Positions 1 through 14,498 are shown, counted from the stretch's first letter. The stretch: 64,000 bases of DNA from Mobula hypostoma (GCF_963921235.1 NC_086118.1:29390001-29454000); one strand, 5' to 3'. Notes: generated by a model from the letters alone, not told the origin. Made by a program: numbers and translations.

Positions 1-204
1 TGAGCAGACGGTGTATCACTAAGACTGTCTTGGTATCATCAATAACTGAGCTGCCAGTTTCCAATCAAAGCTCAGCAGTTTTCCTACATCCTTGAACATT
101 TGGATAGTTGATAGAAAGAGGAGGTCCCTTGAAAATCTCTCATTCTCAACAATGGCAGTGCCAAGCATAGGAGATTTACCTGCACCATGATCAGCCAGAA
201 GACC

Positions 205-430
205 AGAGAACCAGAATCAGGCTTATTATCACTGGCTAATGTCGTAAATGTGTTGTTTTGTAGCATCAGTACAATAAAAGAGATAAAAATTGCTATGCTC
301 AAACAAATAAACAAAAAACTGAAAACTAGACAGATGAAAGAGGAACAGTGAGATAGTGTTCTTGGGTTCATGGACAGTTCAGAAATCTGATGGTGGAGGG
401 GAGAAAACTGTTCCTAAAACACTAGTTGCT
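205..430 (-). mobile_element. Degraded 3' fragment of a Rex1/Babar-type LINE
   Basis: Reverse complement of the gtgataataagcctgattctg tail also seen at 49026-49050, followed by decayed 3' UTR/ORF2-end sequence. Confidence 0.45.
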
Positions 431-1167
431 CTGAACGGTTCATCTCAGTTTCCTTCTGAGGTCCCCACCACCACAGAAGGCAGTCTTCAGCTGCTTCCAT
501 TCACTTCAAACGACTATGACAAAAGAACGGAATACAGCAGAGACAATAGGGCCATGGTGCTGAAGATCTGTGCTCTAGAACCAGCTGTGACTATGGTCGA
601 GCTATTTCAATGGGTTAAAGCATCAGCACTTACCAGGAATGTGGAAAATTGCACAAGTATGACCAGTACACAGAAGAAGGGACTGTGTTGGGTTTCATCA
701 GAATAGCTGAGCTCTAGACCTCCTCACAATCTGGGTGCAGAAGTGAGAAGTGACTGCCCTTGATGCTGGTGCAACATTTAGATTCAGATTAATTTATCAC
801 ATGTACCTTGAAACAAAGTGAAATGCATTATTTACCTAATGATATGCTGGGGACAGCAATATAATATGTCTACAATGTTCATTAGGACAATACAAGCAAT
901 AACAACAACAACAATAGCAAAGTAAGTCCTGTTTCAACACACACACGCACACAGCCCAAAGAGTCCTCGGTCCCACATTCGCAGTCTAACAGAAATTAGG
1001 CCTCCACCCTCCAGTCCTTAGCCTGGGATTTGCAGTCGCAGACTCTCAGACATCAAGTCTCTGAGTTCTGGACAAGCTGACTCAGGAGCTTCAATTTTCG
1101 GACCCTGTCCTCCTGACTCACCAACTTCAGCCTTCAACCCTCGGGCTTTGACCCCTGATATTGGCAG

Positions 1168-1731
1168 AGAACATAGAAACATAGAAAGCCTACAGCACAA
1201 TGCAAGTCCTTCGGCCCACAATACTGTGCAGAATGTACTTACTTTAGAACTTACCTAGGGTTACCCATAGCCCTCTATTTTTCTAAGCTCCATGTACCTA
1301 TGCAGGCGTCTCTTAAAAGACCCTATCATAACCAGCTCCACCACCACTGCCAACAGCCCATTCCACGCACTCACCACTCTCTGTGTAAGAATCTTACCCC
1401 TGACATCTCCTCTGTACCTGCTTCCAAGCACCTTAAAACTATGCCCTCTCATGTTAGCCATTTCAGCCCGGGGAAAAAGCCTCTGACTATCCACACGATC
1501 AATGCCTCTCATCATCTTATACATCTCTATCAGGTCACCTCTCATCCTTCACCACTCCAAGGAGAAAAGGCCGAGTTCGCTCAACCTATTCTCATAGGCA
1601 TGCTCCCCAGTCCAGGCAACATCCTGGAAAATCTCCTCTGCACCCTTTCTATAGTTTCCACATCCTTCCTGTAGTGAGGTGACCAGAACTAAGCACAATA
1701 CTCCATGTGGGTCTGACCAGGGTCCTGTATA
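1168..1731 (-). mobile_element. CR1-clade (HER1-like) LINE, 5'-truncated 3' fragment
   Basis: ORF2 C-terminus (MRGDLIEMYKMMRGIDRVD...QRVVSAWNGL; YENRLSELGLFSLE) and (catagaaa)n tail; same subfamily as 46983-47769. Confidence 0.9.
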
Positions 1732-2439
1732 GAGCATCGCCAGAGATGGAGGACCTTCATTGCTGGCCTAAATACCAGTGGCATAATGGGTAGGAAATCG
1801 ACTCCAAGACTTGTCAGCCCTTATATCACTTGCCCTGCCCACATGGACTTCTGGTCCCAGAACTCACCCACCCAACACGGATTATGGAAGGCCAGGATTT
1901 ATTTATCTCCATTGAGATCTACACAATTACTTAGGGTTAGTGAAATCAATATTCCAATTCAAAAGTGCAATTTCTGTAACCCCTTAGACTGCTGAGATTG
2001 CTGGCTATGTGGATGGGTCACAAATATACCCCGGACAAGGCCCCAAATATTGTGATTGTGATCAAGTCACTGGAGAAATAGGAGAAGTTGTACATGTGAA
2101 TGTCTTTATTCATCATAACAAACAGGTACTTTCTTGTAGACCCTCTTGGTAGTCTCCAAGCTATCAAGGAGCACGACCAAAATGGAAAACACAGGGCATC
2201 AATCTGAAAGCATCCCCATGTATGAAGTCATCCTTCACACAAACAGGTGGTGTTTCTCTTAGGAGACAATCATTCCAGCAGCAGGACATTACTGAAGGAG
2301 TTGCCTCTGGTAATGACCTGGTGCCAACAGTCTTCTGCTGCTTCATCAGTGAACTTCCTTCCAGAGGTGTGGGCTGTTCCTGGTGACTGCACGAAGTTCA
2401 GTTCCACTTGCAACACCTCAATAAATGAATCTGTCCACA

Positions 2440-3170
2440 CATTCAACTGAATGGTTGTCCATTCAGCAGAGAGAGGTGAAGGAATTTCTCCTTCCATGGG
2501 TAATGAAAATTTTGAATTCTGTACCTCAGTGGCTGTAGAGACCCATTTGCCGAATATATTGAAGTCAGGGATTCCAGGAATAGAGCATAAGTATGGGAGA
2601 GTCGTACTGAGGATAAAAATCAACAGTGACCTTATTGAATGGTGAAGTTGGTACAAGGGGCCAAATGGCTAACTCCTACTTTTATTTGTTAAGCTTCTTT
2701 TGTTCTCCTGTCCTTTTAATTAACTTATGATCATTGGGAGCACATCACTTAATTCCCTTCTTGAAATGTTAAATTAGCCAGACATCTATGGTCTTTTGAG
2801 AGATACTTCAATTATCCTTTCTAGGAAAATCATTTCCTGTTTTCATTGCTGATAGCCCACTCTAATTTTATAGCCCCATTGTTCTGTATTTGCCCACAAG
2901 GGGAAATAATTTCTTTCCTTCTTGCCTTTTAACACAATTAAATCACCCTTCAGCCTTCTCAGCTCATGGGGATATAAGCCAAGTTCATGGAACCAGTTCC
3001 TGCATAATTAAACCTTTAATATCTATTATAGTTTAGTATTCCAGAGATGTGGCATCCAGAACTGACTGCATTAATCATGATTTGAACTTGCCAAGCTTTT
3101 ATAACAGAAATATAACTTGCATTTGCACTTGTCTGAGCCAAAAGCACTTTGGATTTCTCTTCAGTTTTAG
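2440..3170. mobile_element. Two old, degraded CR1 3' fragments (about 2440-2700 on +, about 2740-3170 on -)
   Basis: Decayed RNFFSQRVVNLWNSLP-like region and 3' UTR motif aaggggccaaatggctaactcct. Confidence 0.5.
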
Positions 3171-3176
3171 CCTTCT

Positions 3177-3635
3177 TAGAGTCATAGAGCCATAGAAAAC
3201 TATTGCACTGAACAGGCCCTTTGGCCCACCTAGTCCTCACTGAACCACTTAAACTGCCTAGTCCTATTGACCTGCACCCAGACTATAGCTCTCCATACTC
3301 TTCCCATCCACGTACCTATCCAAACTTTTTTTAACCGTTGAAATTGACACTCTCACTGCCTTCTGAATGAAGAAGATTCCCCTCATGTTCCCTTTAAACT
3401 TCTCACCTTTCACCCTTAATCAATGGCCTCTCGTTGTAGTCTCATCCAGTCTCAGTGGAAAAAGCTTGCTTGCATTTACCCTATCTATTCCCTTCATAAT
3501 TTTGTATACCTCTATCAAATCTCCCCTCAGTCTTTTATGTTCTAGAGAATAAAGTTCTAACCTACTCAATTTTTTCTTATAACATAGTCCTCCGCTCCTG
3601 GCAACATCCTTGTAAATTTTCTCTTTCAATCTTGT
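3177..3635 (-). mobile_element. CR1 LINE 3' fragment
   Basis: ORF 3420-3629 (LYSLEHKRLRGDLIEVYKIMKGIDRVN...TRGH); (catagag)n tail. Confidence 0.85.
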
Positions 3636-4305
3636 TTATAGTCATAGTCATACTTTATTGATCCTGGGGAAATTGGTTTTCGTTACAGTTGCACCATAAA
3701 TAATAAGTAGTAATAGAACCATAAATAGTTAAATAGTAATATGTAAATTATGCCAGTAAATTATGAAATAAGTCCAGGACCAGCCTATCGGTTCAGGGTG
3801 TCTGACCCTCCAAGGGAGGAGTTGTAAAGTTTGATGGCCACAGGCAGGAATGACTTCCTATGACGCTCTGTGCTGCATCTCGGAGAAATGAGTCTCTGGC
3901 TGAATGTACTCCTGTGCCCACCCAGTACATTATGTAGTGGATGGGAGACATTGACCAAGATGGCATGCAACTTAGACAGCATCCTCTTTTCAGACACCAC
4001 CGTCAGAGAGTCCAGTTCCATCCCCGTAACATCACTGGCCTTACGAATGAGTTTGTTGATTCTGTTGGTGTCTGCTACCCTCAGCCTGCTGCCCCAGCAC
4101 ACAACAGCAAACATGATTGCACTGGCCACCACAGGCTCGTAGAACATCCGCAGCATCATCCAGACCTCAGTCTCCTCAGGAAATAGAGACGGCTCTGACC
4201 CTTCTTGTAGACAGCCTCAGTGTTCTTTGACCAGTCCAGTTTATTGTCAATTCGTATCCCCAGGTATTTGTAATCCTCCACCATGTCCACACTGACCCCC
4301 TGGAA
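3636..4305 (-). mobile_element. Rex1/Babar-type LINE 3' fragment
   Basis: ORF 3785-4159 (LRMFYEPVVASAIMFAVVCWGS...RHRKSFLPVAIKLYN, DUF1891-like ORF2 C-terminus); aataaa plus (tgacta)n tail on - strand. Confidence 0.85.
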
Positions 4306-4371
4306 ATTAATCTCGAAGTAGTATATGGTAATAGATATGTACTTTGATAATAAATTTACTTTGAGGTAGAA

Positions 4372-4728
4372 TTAAGTTACTGAAGATATGGCAGCATCAC
4401 CTGGAAGGGGATGTGAAAGAGGTGATTGGTCCAGAAATTTGATAGCAGTGTGGAAGAAGCTGTTCCTGAGTTTAATCATTGGGCATTCAAGCTCATGAAT
4501 CTTCTCCCAGAAAAGGGTGATATGTATCATTGACAATACCATTAGTCTTCCTGGAGCAATAAACCATAAAGATGGACTAAGAAAGAGAGAGCCTGTGATG
4601 GACTGGGCAGTGTTTACCACTGTCTGTGGGTTCCATTGCTCCCAGGCGAGGCAGTTGCCATGCCAGGCCAAGATGCAACCCTTCAGGATGCTCCTACATC
4701 TGAAAGACATGACTATCATAACTTGCAC
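4372..4728 (-). mobile_element. Older degraded Rex1/Babar-type fragment
   Basis: SILKGCILAWHGNC...VVNTAQSITG...LRNSFFHTAIKFL. Confidence 0.65.
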
Positions 4729-5446
4729 CCATTGCTGGTGAGCTGCAGAATCTGGACTGAGGTGGGGGTGGGAATTGAAGGGAATACAGGGAAATAAAAT
4801 GGGATTTGTGTAGGGTTAGTGTAAATGGATGATCAGTGTGGACTCAATGGGTCAAAGGGCCACTCCTGTAATGTATGACTCTATGTAAATTCCTGCTCCC
4901 AGTCACAACAAATACTGAGAGCTCCTTGCACAGAAGGATCTCCTAACTTTGTCCAGTCAGAAGTTTCAAAGCCCAGGTCCTGTTTGGAGCTTGAGAAAAA
5001 CCATATAACATTCCACCGTTCAGAATATTTTCTCAAAGTCCCACTCAGTTTCCATGCCAAAAAATGTCTCAAATCCCATTCACTCCCACTTTTGCTGATA
5101 AACTTGTGTAAAAAAATTTCATCCTGTCAATGAACTCATTGATAGTTCAACTAAATTAGACTGATATGGCCTGACTTTGGAATCTATTTTAGTTTTCCAC
5201 CCCATTCTCTGCTGACATTACATTATAGACCATAAGACATAGGAGCAGAATTAGGCCATTTGGCCCATCGATTCTGCTCCACCGTTCAATGGCTGATCCT
5301 TTTCTCCCCTCCTCAGCCCCACTCCGCAGCCTTCTCCCCATAACCTTCGATGTCGTGTCCAATCAAGAACCTATCAAGCTCTGCATTAAATATACCCAAT
5401 GACCTGGCCTCCACAGCTGCCTGTGATAATAAATTCCACAAACTCA

Positions 5447-5613
5447 GTACTTTCATATTTTATATTTGTGTGATGTAGCACTTACTTTTTATTCGCAATT
5501 ATTTTGTAAATAACACTATTCTTTGCATTTCTGGTTAGATGCTAACTGCATTTTATTGGCTTTGTATCTGTACTCGGCACAATGACAATAAAGTTAAATC
5601 TAATCTAATCTAA
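5447..5613 (+). mobile_element. 167-bp LINE 3'-tail insertion nested in CR1
   Basis: 7-bp TSD aaactca (5440-5446 / 5614-5620); aataaa followed by (atcta)n tail. Confidence 0.75.
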
Positions 5614-8296
5614 AAACTCACCATCCTCTGATTAAAGAAATTTCCCTGCATCTCTGTTTTAAATAAACGCCTCTCTTTCCTGAGGTTGTGCCATCTTGTC
5701 CTAGACTCCCCCACCATGGGGAACATCCTTTCCACACCTGCTCTGTCTAGGCCCTTCAACATTCAAAAGATTTCAATGAGATGACCCTTAACCTTCTAAA
5801 TTCCAGAGAGTACAGACCCAGCTCTATCAAACTTGCCTCATATGATGACCCTTTCATTCCTGGAATAATCCTTGTAACCTCCTCTGAACCCTCTCCAATG
5901 CCAACAATTCTTTTCTTAGACGAGGAGCCCAAAACTGTTCACAATACTCAAGGTGAGGCCTCACCAGTGCCTTATAAAGCCTTAGCATCACATCCCTGCT
6001 CTTATGTTCTTGACCCCTTGAAATGAATGCTAACATTGCATTTGCCTTCATGACCACCGACTGAACCTGCAAGTTAGCCTTCAGAGTGTTCTGCACAAGG
6101 ACTCCCAAGTCCCTTTGCATCTTAGATTTTGGGATTTTCTCCCTGTTTAGAAAATAGACTGCACATTTATTTCCACTACCAAAGTGCATGACCATATATT
6201 TTTCAACATGGTATTTCATTTACCACTCTCTTGTCCATTCAGAAAAGTATCCCTTTATTCCCACTCACTGCCTCATACCAATCAGCCAATGCTCTATCCA
6301 TGCCAGTAACTTTCCTGAAACACCATGGGCTCCTAACTTGGTAAGTAGCCTCATGTGTGGCACCTTGTCAAAAGCCTTCCCAAAGTCAAATAAACAACAT
6401 TCACAGCATCCCTTTTATCTATCCTAATTGTAATCTCCTCAAAAAATTCCAGCAGGTTTGTCAGACAAGATTTTCCATTAAAGAAATCATGCTTTGTCCT
6501 ATCTTGTCCTGTGTCACCAAGTACTCCATAACTTCATCCTTAACAATTGACTCCAACATCTTCCCAACCATGGAGGTCAGGCTAATTGGTCTATAATTTC
6601 CTTGCTGCTGTCTTCCTTCTTTCCTAAAATGTGGCATGACATTTGCAATTTTCCAGTCCTCAGCACCATGCCAGAGTCCAATGATTTTTGACAAATCATT
6701 CCTTATGCCTTCATAATCTCTACCGCTACTTCTTTCTGAACCATAGAATGCAGTTCATCTGGTCTGGGTGACTTATGTACTTTCAGATTTTTGAGCATCT
6801 TCTCCCTTGTAATAGTAATTGCACTCACTTCTCTTCCCTCACACCCTTCAACACCTGGCACACTGCTAGTGTCTTCCACAGCGAAGATTGATGCAAAAAT
6901 ACCCATTTAGTTCTTCTGACATCTCCTTGTCCCCATTATTACTTTTCTAACAGTCCTGTATCTACTCACATCTCTCTTATTTTTATATACTTGAAAAAAG
7001 CTTTTACTACCCACTTTGATATTGTTTGCTAGGTTGCTTTCATATTTCATCTTTTCCCTCCTAATGATTCTTTTAGTTGCTTTCTGCAAGTTTTTAAAAG
7101 CTTTCCAATCCTCTATCTTTCCACTAATTTTTGCCTTGTTGTATGCCCTCTCCTTTGCTTTTACATGAGCTTTGAATTCCTTTGTCAGCTGTGGTTGTAC
7201 TACTTTTCCATTTGAGTATTTCTTCGTTTTTGGAATACATCTATCCTGCACCATCATTTTTTTCCCCCAGAAACTCACACATTTGCTGCTCTGCTGTCAG
7301 CCCTTCCAGCATCTCCTTCCAATTTACTTTGGCCAACTTCTCTCTCATACCACTGTAATTTCATTTACTCCACTGAAATATTGCTATGTCATACTTCACT
7401 TTCTCCCAATCGAATTTCAAATTGAACTCCATCATATTGTGATCACTGGTTCCTAAAGATTCTTTTACCTCAAGCTCCCTAATCACCTCCGGTTCATTAC
7501 ATAACACCCAATCCAGTATAGCTGATCCCCTAGTAGGCTCAATGACAACCTGCGCTAAAAAGCCATCACATAGGAATTCAACAAACTCACTTTCTTGAGA
7601 TCCATTATCAATCTGATTTTTCCAATCACCATGCATGTTGAAGTCTCCCACGACTATCATAACATTGCTCTATTGACACACCTTTTCTATTTCCCATTTG
7701 TAATCTGTGGTCCACATCCCAGCTACTGTTGGGAGGCTTGTATATAACTGCCATCGGGGTCCTTTTAGTTTAACTCAAGCCATCATAGGATTCAACATCT
7801 TCTGATCCTATGCAACATCTTTCTACTGATTTGATGCCATTCTTTACCAGCAGAGTCATGCCATCCCTCCAATATAAAGTGTAACCTTGGACATTCAACT
7901 CCCAACTACAACCATCCTTCAGCCACATTTCAGTGATGGCCACAACATCATACCTGTCAAACTGTATTAGTGCAACGAGATCCTCCACCTTATTTCTTAT
8001 ACTATGAGCATTGAGATATAACACTTTGAGTACTATATTTGCTACCCTTTTTCATTCTGCATCCCTAATGCACTGATACTCATCTTGCTGGCTGCAATTT
8101 TGTCCTATCATCTGCCTGCCCTTCCTAACAGTCTGACTGCACGCTATCTTTGCTGTTTTACCATCTGTCCTATCCTGAGTCCCTTCACTCTGGTTCCCAC
8201 CCCCTGCCAAGTTAGTTTAAACCCTCCCCAACAGCTCTAATATACCTGCCCGCGAGAATATTGTCACCTTCGGGTTCGGGTGCAACCCATCACTTT

Positions 8297-8730
8297 CTTT
8301 CTTTTCTTTATTAATCTTTTTATTGATTTAAAAGGAGCATAAATACAATCAAGAGGAGAATTATCTCAAATATATATATCAGTAACAATATAAACCGAGA
8401 TTAAGATAAACATTGTCAAAATAATAGATATCGTTAAACTAGTATTAAATATATAATAAAGAAAATGAAAATAGCAATTCTCCTCTTATCAGTTTATGAA
8501 GAGAAAAGAAAAAACACTGAGTTTTAAATGAAGAGAAAAAAAAACCTCTACATTATATAAAAAAAAACAAAAAAAAAAGGGACTGGGCAGTCGATTTTGA
8601 GGATACGACCAAAAAAAAGAAAGACTTTCTGATCAAATCTAAAACTTCGAAAAAAATTGAAAGAGTAATAAATCAAATTAAATGAAAATATTGGATAAAA
8701 GGTTGCCAGATTTGCTCAAATTTAAAGGAT
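8297..8730 (-). mobile_element. 5'-truncated L1 (ORF2 end and 3' UTR) nested in CR1 ORF1
   Basis: 11-bp TSD cccatcacttt (8286-8296 / 8731-8741); reverse complement aligns with the L1 3' UTR at 51521-51955. Confidence 0.9.
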
Positions 8731-9113
8731 CCCATCACTTTTGCATCACTTTTCCTCAAGAGATCCCAGTGATCCAAGAAATTGAATCCCTGTCCCCTTC
8801 ACCAGCTTCTCAGCCATGCATTTATCTACCAAATCATCCTGTTTCTACCCTCACTGATGCGATGTACAGGCAGCAGTCCAGAAATTACTACCCTGGATGT
8901 CTCGCTTCTCAGCCTTCTTTTTTTAAATTTCTTTTGGGAAAAAAGAAAGGAGGAAAAATAAACCCCTACTAACTGAAAAAAAAAATGAGAAGAAAAAAAC
9001 CCATCGGGAGAACAACCCCGGAGCTATACGCCATACAAGCTTCCAAAGAAAAACATCAATCGGCCAACCAAATCCAATTACACAAGAATCGGAAGGGGAC
9101 CATCTTAATTAAC

Positions 9114-12100
9114 TCAAATCAAATGATAGTAGCGGGCAAAAGAACCCCACCTTTTCTCAAAGTCAAATCGAGGGTCAAAAGTTTGACTTCCAATTTTCTC
9201 CAAACTAAGACATAGCATCACCTGATGGAACCATTGTATCAAAGTGGGAGCAGAAGAACCTTTCCATTTAAATAAAATAGCCCTTCTGGCCAATAATGTG
9301 ACAAATGCAATTACATGTTGGTCTGACATAGAAATACTGTCAGTATATTGAGGAATTATACCAAACAAAACTGTCAATTTATTAGGTTGTAAATTAATTT
9401 TTAAAGCTTTAGAAATATTATAGAGAAAATAGATTTACAAAACTGTTTCGATACAGAACATGCCCAAAACATATGTGTTAATGTAGCTATCTCAGTTTTA
9501 CATCTATCACACTGACTATCAACATTAGAAAATATTTTAGACAGTCTCTCCCTTGTCAAATAGTAACAATGTACAATTTTAAAATGAATTAGAGAGTGAC
9601 TGGCACAAATCGGAGAAGAGTTAACCAACTTCAAAATTCGCAATCAATCCTCTGTTATCAAGGTCATGTTAAGCTCTCGTTCCCAATCTTGCTTAATCTT
9701 AAGTAAAGGATAATTATACTGTGGTAATAGTAAATTATAAATTTTCCCAATAAAACCTTTCACTAAAGGATTCAGTTTTAAAATAATGTCTAACAGGTCA
9801 GAATCTTGTATATATGGAAAATTACTTAAATATTCTTGTAAGAAATGTCTGATCTGAAAATATTGCAAGAAATATGAGTGCGAGAGAGAATATTTAGTTA
9901 CTAATTTTTCAAAGGGCATCAACTGACCTTCTTGAAACAGATCCATGAAGGAATAAACTCCTTTATTCCTCCAAAGAAAAAAGGTAGAATCACTAAGTGA
10001 AGGTTTAAATAAATAAGTTTGATAAATTAAACTAAGAAGGTTAAATTTTTTAAGATTAAAAAAATTACGAAACTGGTACCAAATTCGTAATGATTGCTTA
10101 ATCATAGGATGTAAATCTAGGATAGAAATTTTGGCCAGTTGTACAGGTAAAGAGGCTCCTAATAACGAAGTTAAGTAAAATTGTTTCACAGCTTTCAATT
10201 CCAAATCAACCCAAGGTGGTCGTTCATCTTTATCAGTCCAATATAACCAAGAACACACATAACGTATATTAACCACCCAATAATACATTCTTAAATTAGG
10301 CAGAGCGAGACCTCCATCCTTTTTCAATTTTTGTAAATGATATTTTCCAATTCTTGGTCTTTTATTATTCCAAACAAAAGATGAAATAATAGAATCAACC
10401 TGATCAAAAAACTTTAGTTAAAAAAAAAGAATATTTTGAAATACATATAAAAATTTTGGTAAAATCATCATTGGACTGCATGGATTCGGCCAGCTAACGA
10501 AAGTGTAAGTGGATTCCATCTACAAAATATTTGCTTCATAAAATCCACTAAGGGAACCAAATTAGCTCTATAAAGGTCTCCATAATTTTTAGTGATGATA
10601 ATACCTAAATATTTGAAACAGTCCATAACTTTAAAAGGAATGTCATCATATATAGAAGCAGAATCATTTAGAGTAAATAATTCACTTTTATTAAGGTTTA
10701 ATTTATATCCCGAAAACTTTCCAAATTCATTTAATAATTTCAATAAACTAGGAAAGGATTCTTCAGGATTCGAAACATAAACAAAGAGATCATCAGCATA
10801 AAGGGGGATCTCATGAATAGTCCCATTTATAGAAATTCCTTGAATATCTTTAGCTTCATGAAGTGCAATAGCCAAAGGTTCCAACATCAAATTAAATAAC
10901 AGGGAACTTAACGGACATCCTTGTCTCGTACCCCGCGAAAGTTGAAAAAAAGGAGATCTACAATTATTAGTAATAACAGTGGCAATAGGGCTTTATATAT
11001 CATTCTAATCCACTTACTGAAATTAGTATCAATGTTGAATTTCTCTAAAATGTTAAATAAGTATTTCCATTCAACTCCATCAAATGCCTTTTCAGCATCA
11101 AGAGAAACAACACATTGGGGAGTCTTAGAAAGGGATGAGTATATAACATTTAACAGTTTCCGAGTATTAGAGAAGGAATAATGGCCTTTTATAAAACCTG
11201 TTTGGTCCTGAGAAATAATTTTAGCTAGAATATTCTCCAGTCGACTAGCCATTATTTTTGAAAGAATTTTAGCATCCACATTTAATAGTGAAATAGGTCT
11301 ATATGAGGCACAATCAGTAGGGTCTTTATCTTTCTTAAGAATGAAAGAAGTAGAAGCTTCATAAAATGTGGGAGGTAACTCTCCTAACAAAAAAAAACTT
11401 TGAGCATTTCCAACATATATGGAAAAAGCAATTCTTCAAATTTTTTATAAAATCCTACAGAAAAACAATCCAATTCAGGAGCTTTACCAGATTGCATTGA
11501 AAGAATAGCTTTCTGAATTTCCTTTTCAGTAATAGGAGTATCAAGAGTTTGTTGATCTTCAACAAATATTCTAGGAAAATCAATCTTTTGTAAAAAGGTA
11601 TTCATTTTAGAAGGATCAGCTAGAAACTGAGATTTATAGAGTTCACTGTAAAAGTCTTGAAAAATTTTACTGATGTCTTCATAATTACAAGCTGAACTAC
11701 CATCTCCCTCATGAATTTTTAAAATTTGTCTTTTAACTCCAGTTGCCTTTAATTGGGATGCTAATAGCTTATTATTTTTTATCTCCAAACATATAAAATT
11801 GACTTTTTAATTTAAGCAAATTTCTTTGACTGCATAAATATTATCCAAGTCTTTAATTTGTTTTGAAATCTTATCTAACTCTATTTTTGTCTGTTTCTTA
11901 AGCTTAACCAAATAGGAGATTATCTGTCCTCGCAAATATGCTTTATGTGTATCCCATATAATCAATTTCGACACAGCGCCGGTATTATTAAAAAGAAAAA
12001 AATCTTTTATTTGAGTCTCAATAAATTTGGCAAAGTCCGAACTTTGTAATAAATTTTCTGGAAAACGCCAAGGCAAATTTACAATACTGACATCATTCAA

Positions 12101-12840
12101 TTCAAAAGTTAAGTTTAAAGGCGCATGATCCGAAACAGCGATAGCGTCATATTCACATTTCTGGACTTTGGATAAAAATCAGACATCAGCTATAAAATAA
12201 TCAATTCTCGAATATTTTTTATGAACATGTGAATAAAAAGAATAACCTCTATCATTAGGATGTAAATTTCTCCAGATTTCGATCAAACCATAATCAATTA
12301 AAAACGAGTTAATAAGTGATGCTGAACAACTCAGAAGTCACTGATTGTTTGAAATCTTGTCAATCAAAGGATTTAAACAACAGTTAAAATCACCACCCAT
12401 TAACAACACATATTTATTTAAATATGGCAATAAACCAAATACATTTTTTAAAAAAGAAGGATCATCTACATTAGGTCTGTATAGATTAACCAGGACAATT
12501 TTTCTATTACAAATTGTTCCTTTGACAATTAAAAATCTGCCATTAATATCTGACACGATATCGTCTTGGATAAATAAAATATTAGATTTAATAAAAATAG
12601 ATACTCCCTTTGTTTTATTTTGACGAGTGGCATGATATTGAAGGCCCTTCCACATTTTAAAAAATCTATTTTGATCGCCCATCCTGATATGCGTTTCTTG
12701 AGCAAAAATTATATCGGGCTGGAATCTATTAATAATTTTAAAAGTCTTCTTTTGCTTAATAGGGTAATTCCAGCCACGTACGTTCCAACTAATAACGTTT
12801 ATCTGTTTAACTGCGATAAAATATTTTTTTAACATGAAAA
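9114..12840 (-). pseudogene. L1 ORF2p (APE endonuclease, RT, Cys-rich C-terminus) with multiple frameshifts
   Basis: ISWNVRG..QETH..GGDFN; YRPISLLNVDAKIL..DQTGF..SLDAEKAFD; LYADD; GGLALPN; CDRC..TLTHMFWAC. Confidence 0.92.
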
Positions 12841-13637
12841 TACGCGCATACCAACACGAGCTAATCAAAAGTGGTGGTGATGGGTATAACCATAAAGAAA
12901 ACACGCATGCTCCGGAACTCCGTAATGGGAAAAATATGAGAAGAGAAAAAAAGTGAAAAAAATAAAATTAATCCAACAATAAGATCTATAATTCAAAACT
13001 ACCCCCAATCCTCCCACCATCCCAAAAGGTAGAAATCCGGCAAAAAGAAGAAATAAGCCAGAATGCATCCCCATAGAAAAAGAAAAAAGAAACAGAACTC
13101 CGCGAGCTGCTCAATTTAAATAGTGATTTTAAAAGTTTTTCTTGATTCCTCCCCCCTCCCCTTTACAAAAATAGAACACACGGCCCTAAGATAAGAAAGC
13201 CCTACAGAGAAAAAAAAATGTTTATACTTAATCATTAAAAATAAACTAGGGAATACAAAGACAATCTCCAGAGATGTCAAAGCAATAAAATTAAACCTAA
13301 ACAATATAAGCTCTAACGAAAAAAATCAGCGCCATTATCCCTTTGACTTACTGCCTGATGAAAAAGCACTGTTTTTAACAGAAAAACTAAAACTAATTAT
13401 CTATTTACTAACCACTCCTCGCGCTATATGTATATATATGAAAAAGTCTATATTATCTATAAAAACTATCACTTAATTAATGAAAAGGAAAAATAAAAAC
13501 AGATAATCAAACCAGTTAACAATCTGCCTGTTGTGTTAATTCACTCAGTATACCAAATAGACTTCAGAAAAGTCATCCAGCAGTCAAATCAAGAAGTTCA
13601 CATCTTCTTTAAAGAGTCCATCGATCAAAGGATATCT

Positions 13638-14498
13638 TCAACATATCAGAAATCTTCGAAGCCTGTTTTCTTTCAGAAAATTATTCAGCAGACCCAATAT
13701 CATCCAGACCTCAGCCACCTCCAAAATAGAATTAACATAGTCCAATAGCGCTTGGGGATCCAAAAAAACACATGGAGTCGAATCTTTAGGAAATAACTTT
13801 AACTGGGCTGGATAGCAAAGTGATGGGAATAATCCCTTAGCATGGGCTACCTTCATAGCTGGAACAAATTTGATCCGCTGTTCTATAACTTCCCGTGGAT
13901 AGTCTTCATAAAAATGAATCTCCGAGCCGTTAAATTAAAAAAAACTCTGTTTCCTTGCATATTTTATGATTTGGTCTTTAACTTTAAAACAAAGAAAACT
14001 GACCGAAATTGCCTGTGATTTAGTTAAATCTTGAGATTTTGAAGTGAAAATTCTATGTGCTCTTTCAATAGCGGGAGGCTGAGGTAGAATATCCGGAAAC
14101 AGTGATTGAAACAAATTAGCAAAATAGTCCAATAAATTCCCACTCTCTGTTCCTTCCTTCAGTCCAACAATTCGAATGTTATTCCGACGAGACCTTGCTT
14201 CCAAATCGATTATCCTGCGTTGAGCCTGTTCCAAGTGAGCTGAAGTATCCACTATCTGATGCTTTGACTCTTTAAGCTCAGTGTTCAAGGAAATAATATT
14301 TTCCTCTGCAAACTGAAAACTCTGTCGGAACAACCACATCTCAGAAGTGTTATTGTCTATTTTCTTGTCGAGAGCCATCAACGCACGTTTTGAATGCTCA
14401 GCCCAGACAGGCATATCTTCTGGTTTTTCTTTTGAAGTTTTTCCCTTTCCATTGCTGGATTCAGAAAGCTGCTTTCCACTTCTTAGAGATTGTGACAT
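13638..14498 (-). pseudogene. L1 ORF1p (coiled coil, RRM, CTD), frameshifted near 13935
   Basis: DLEARSRRNNIRIVGLKEG, IERAHR, YPAQLK motifs. Confidence 0.88.
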
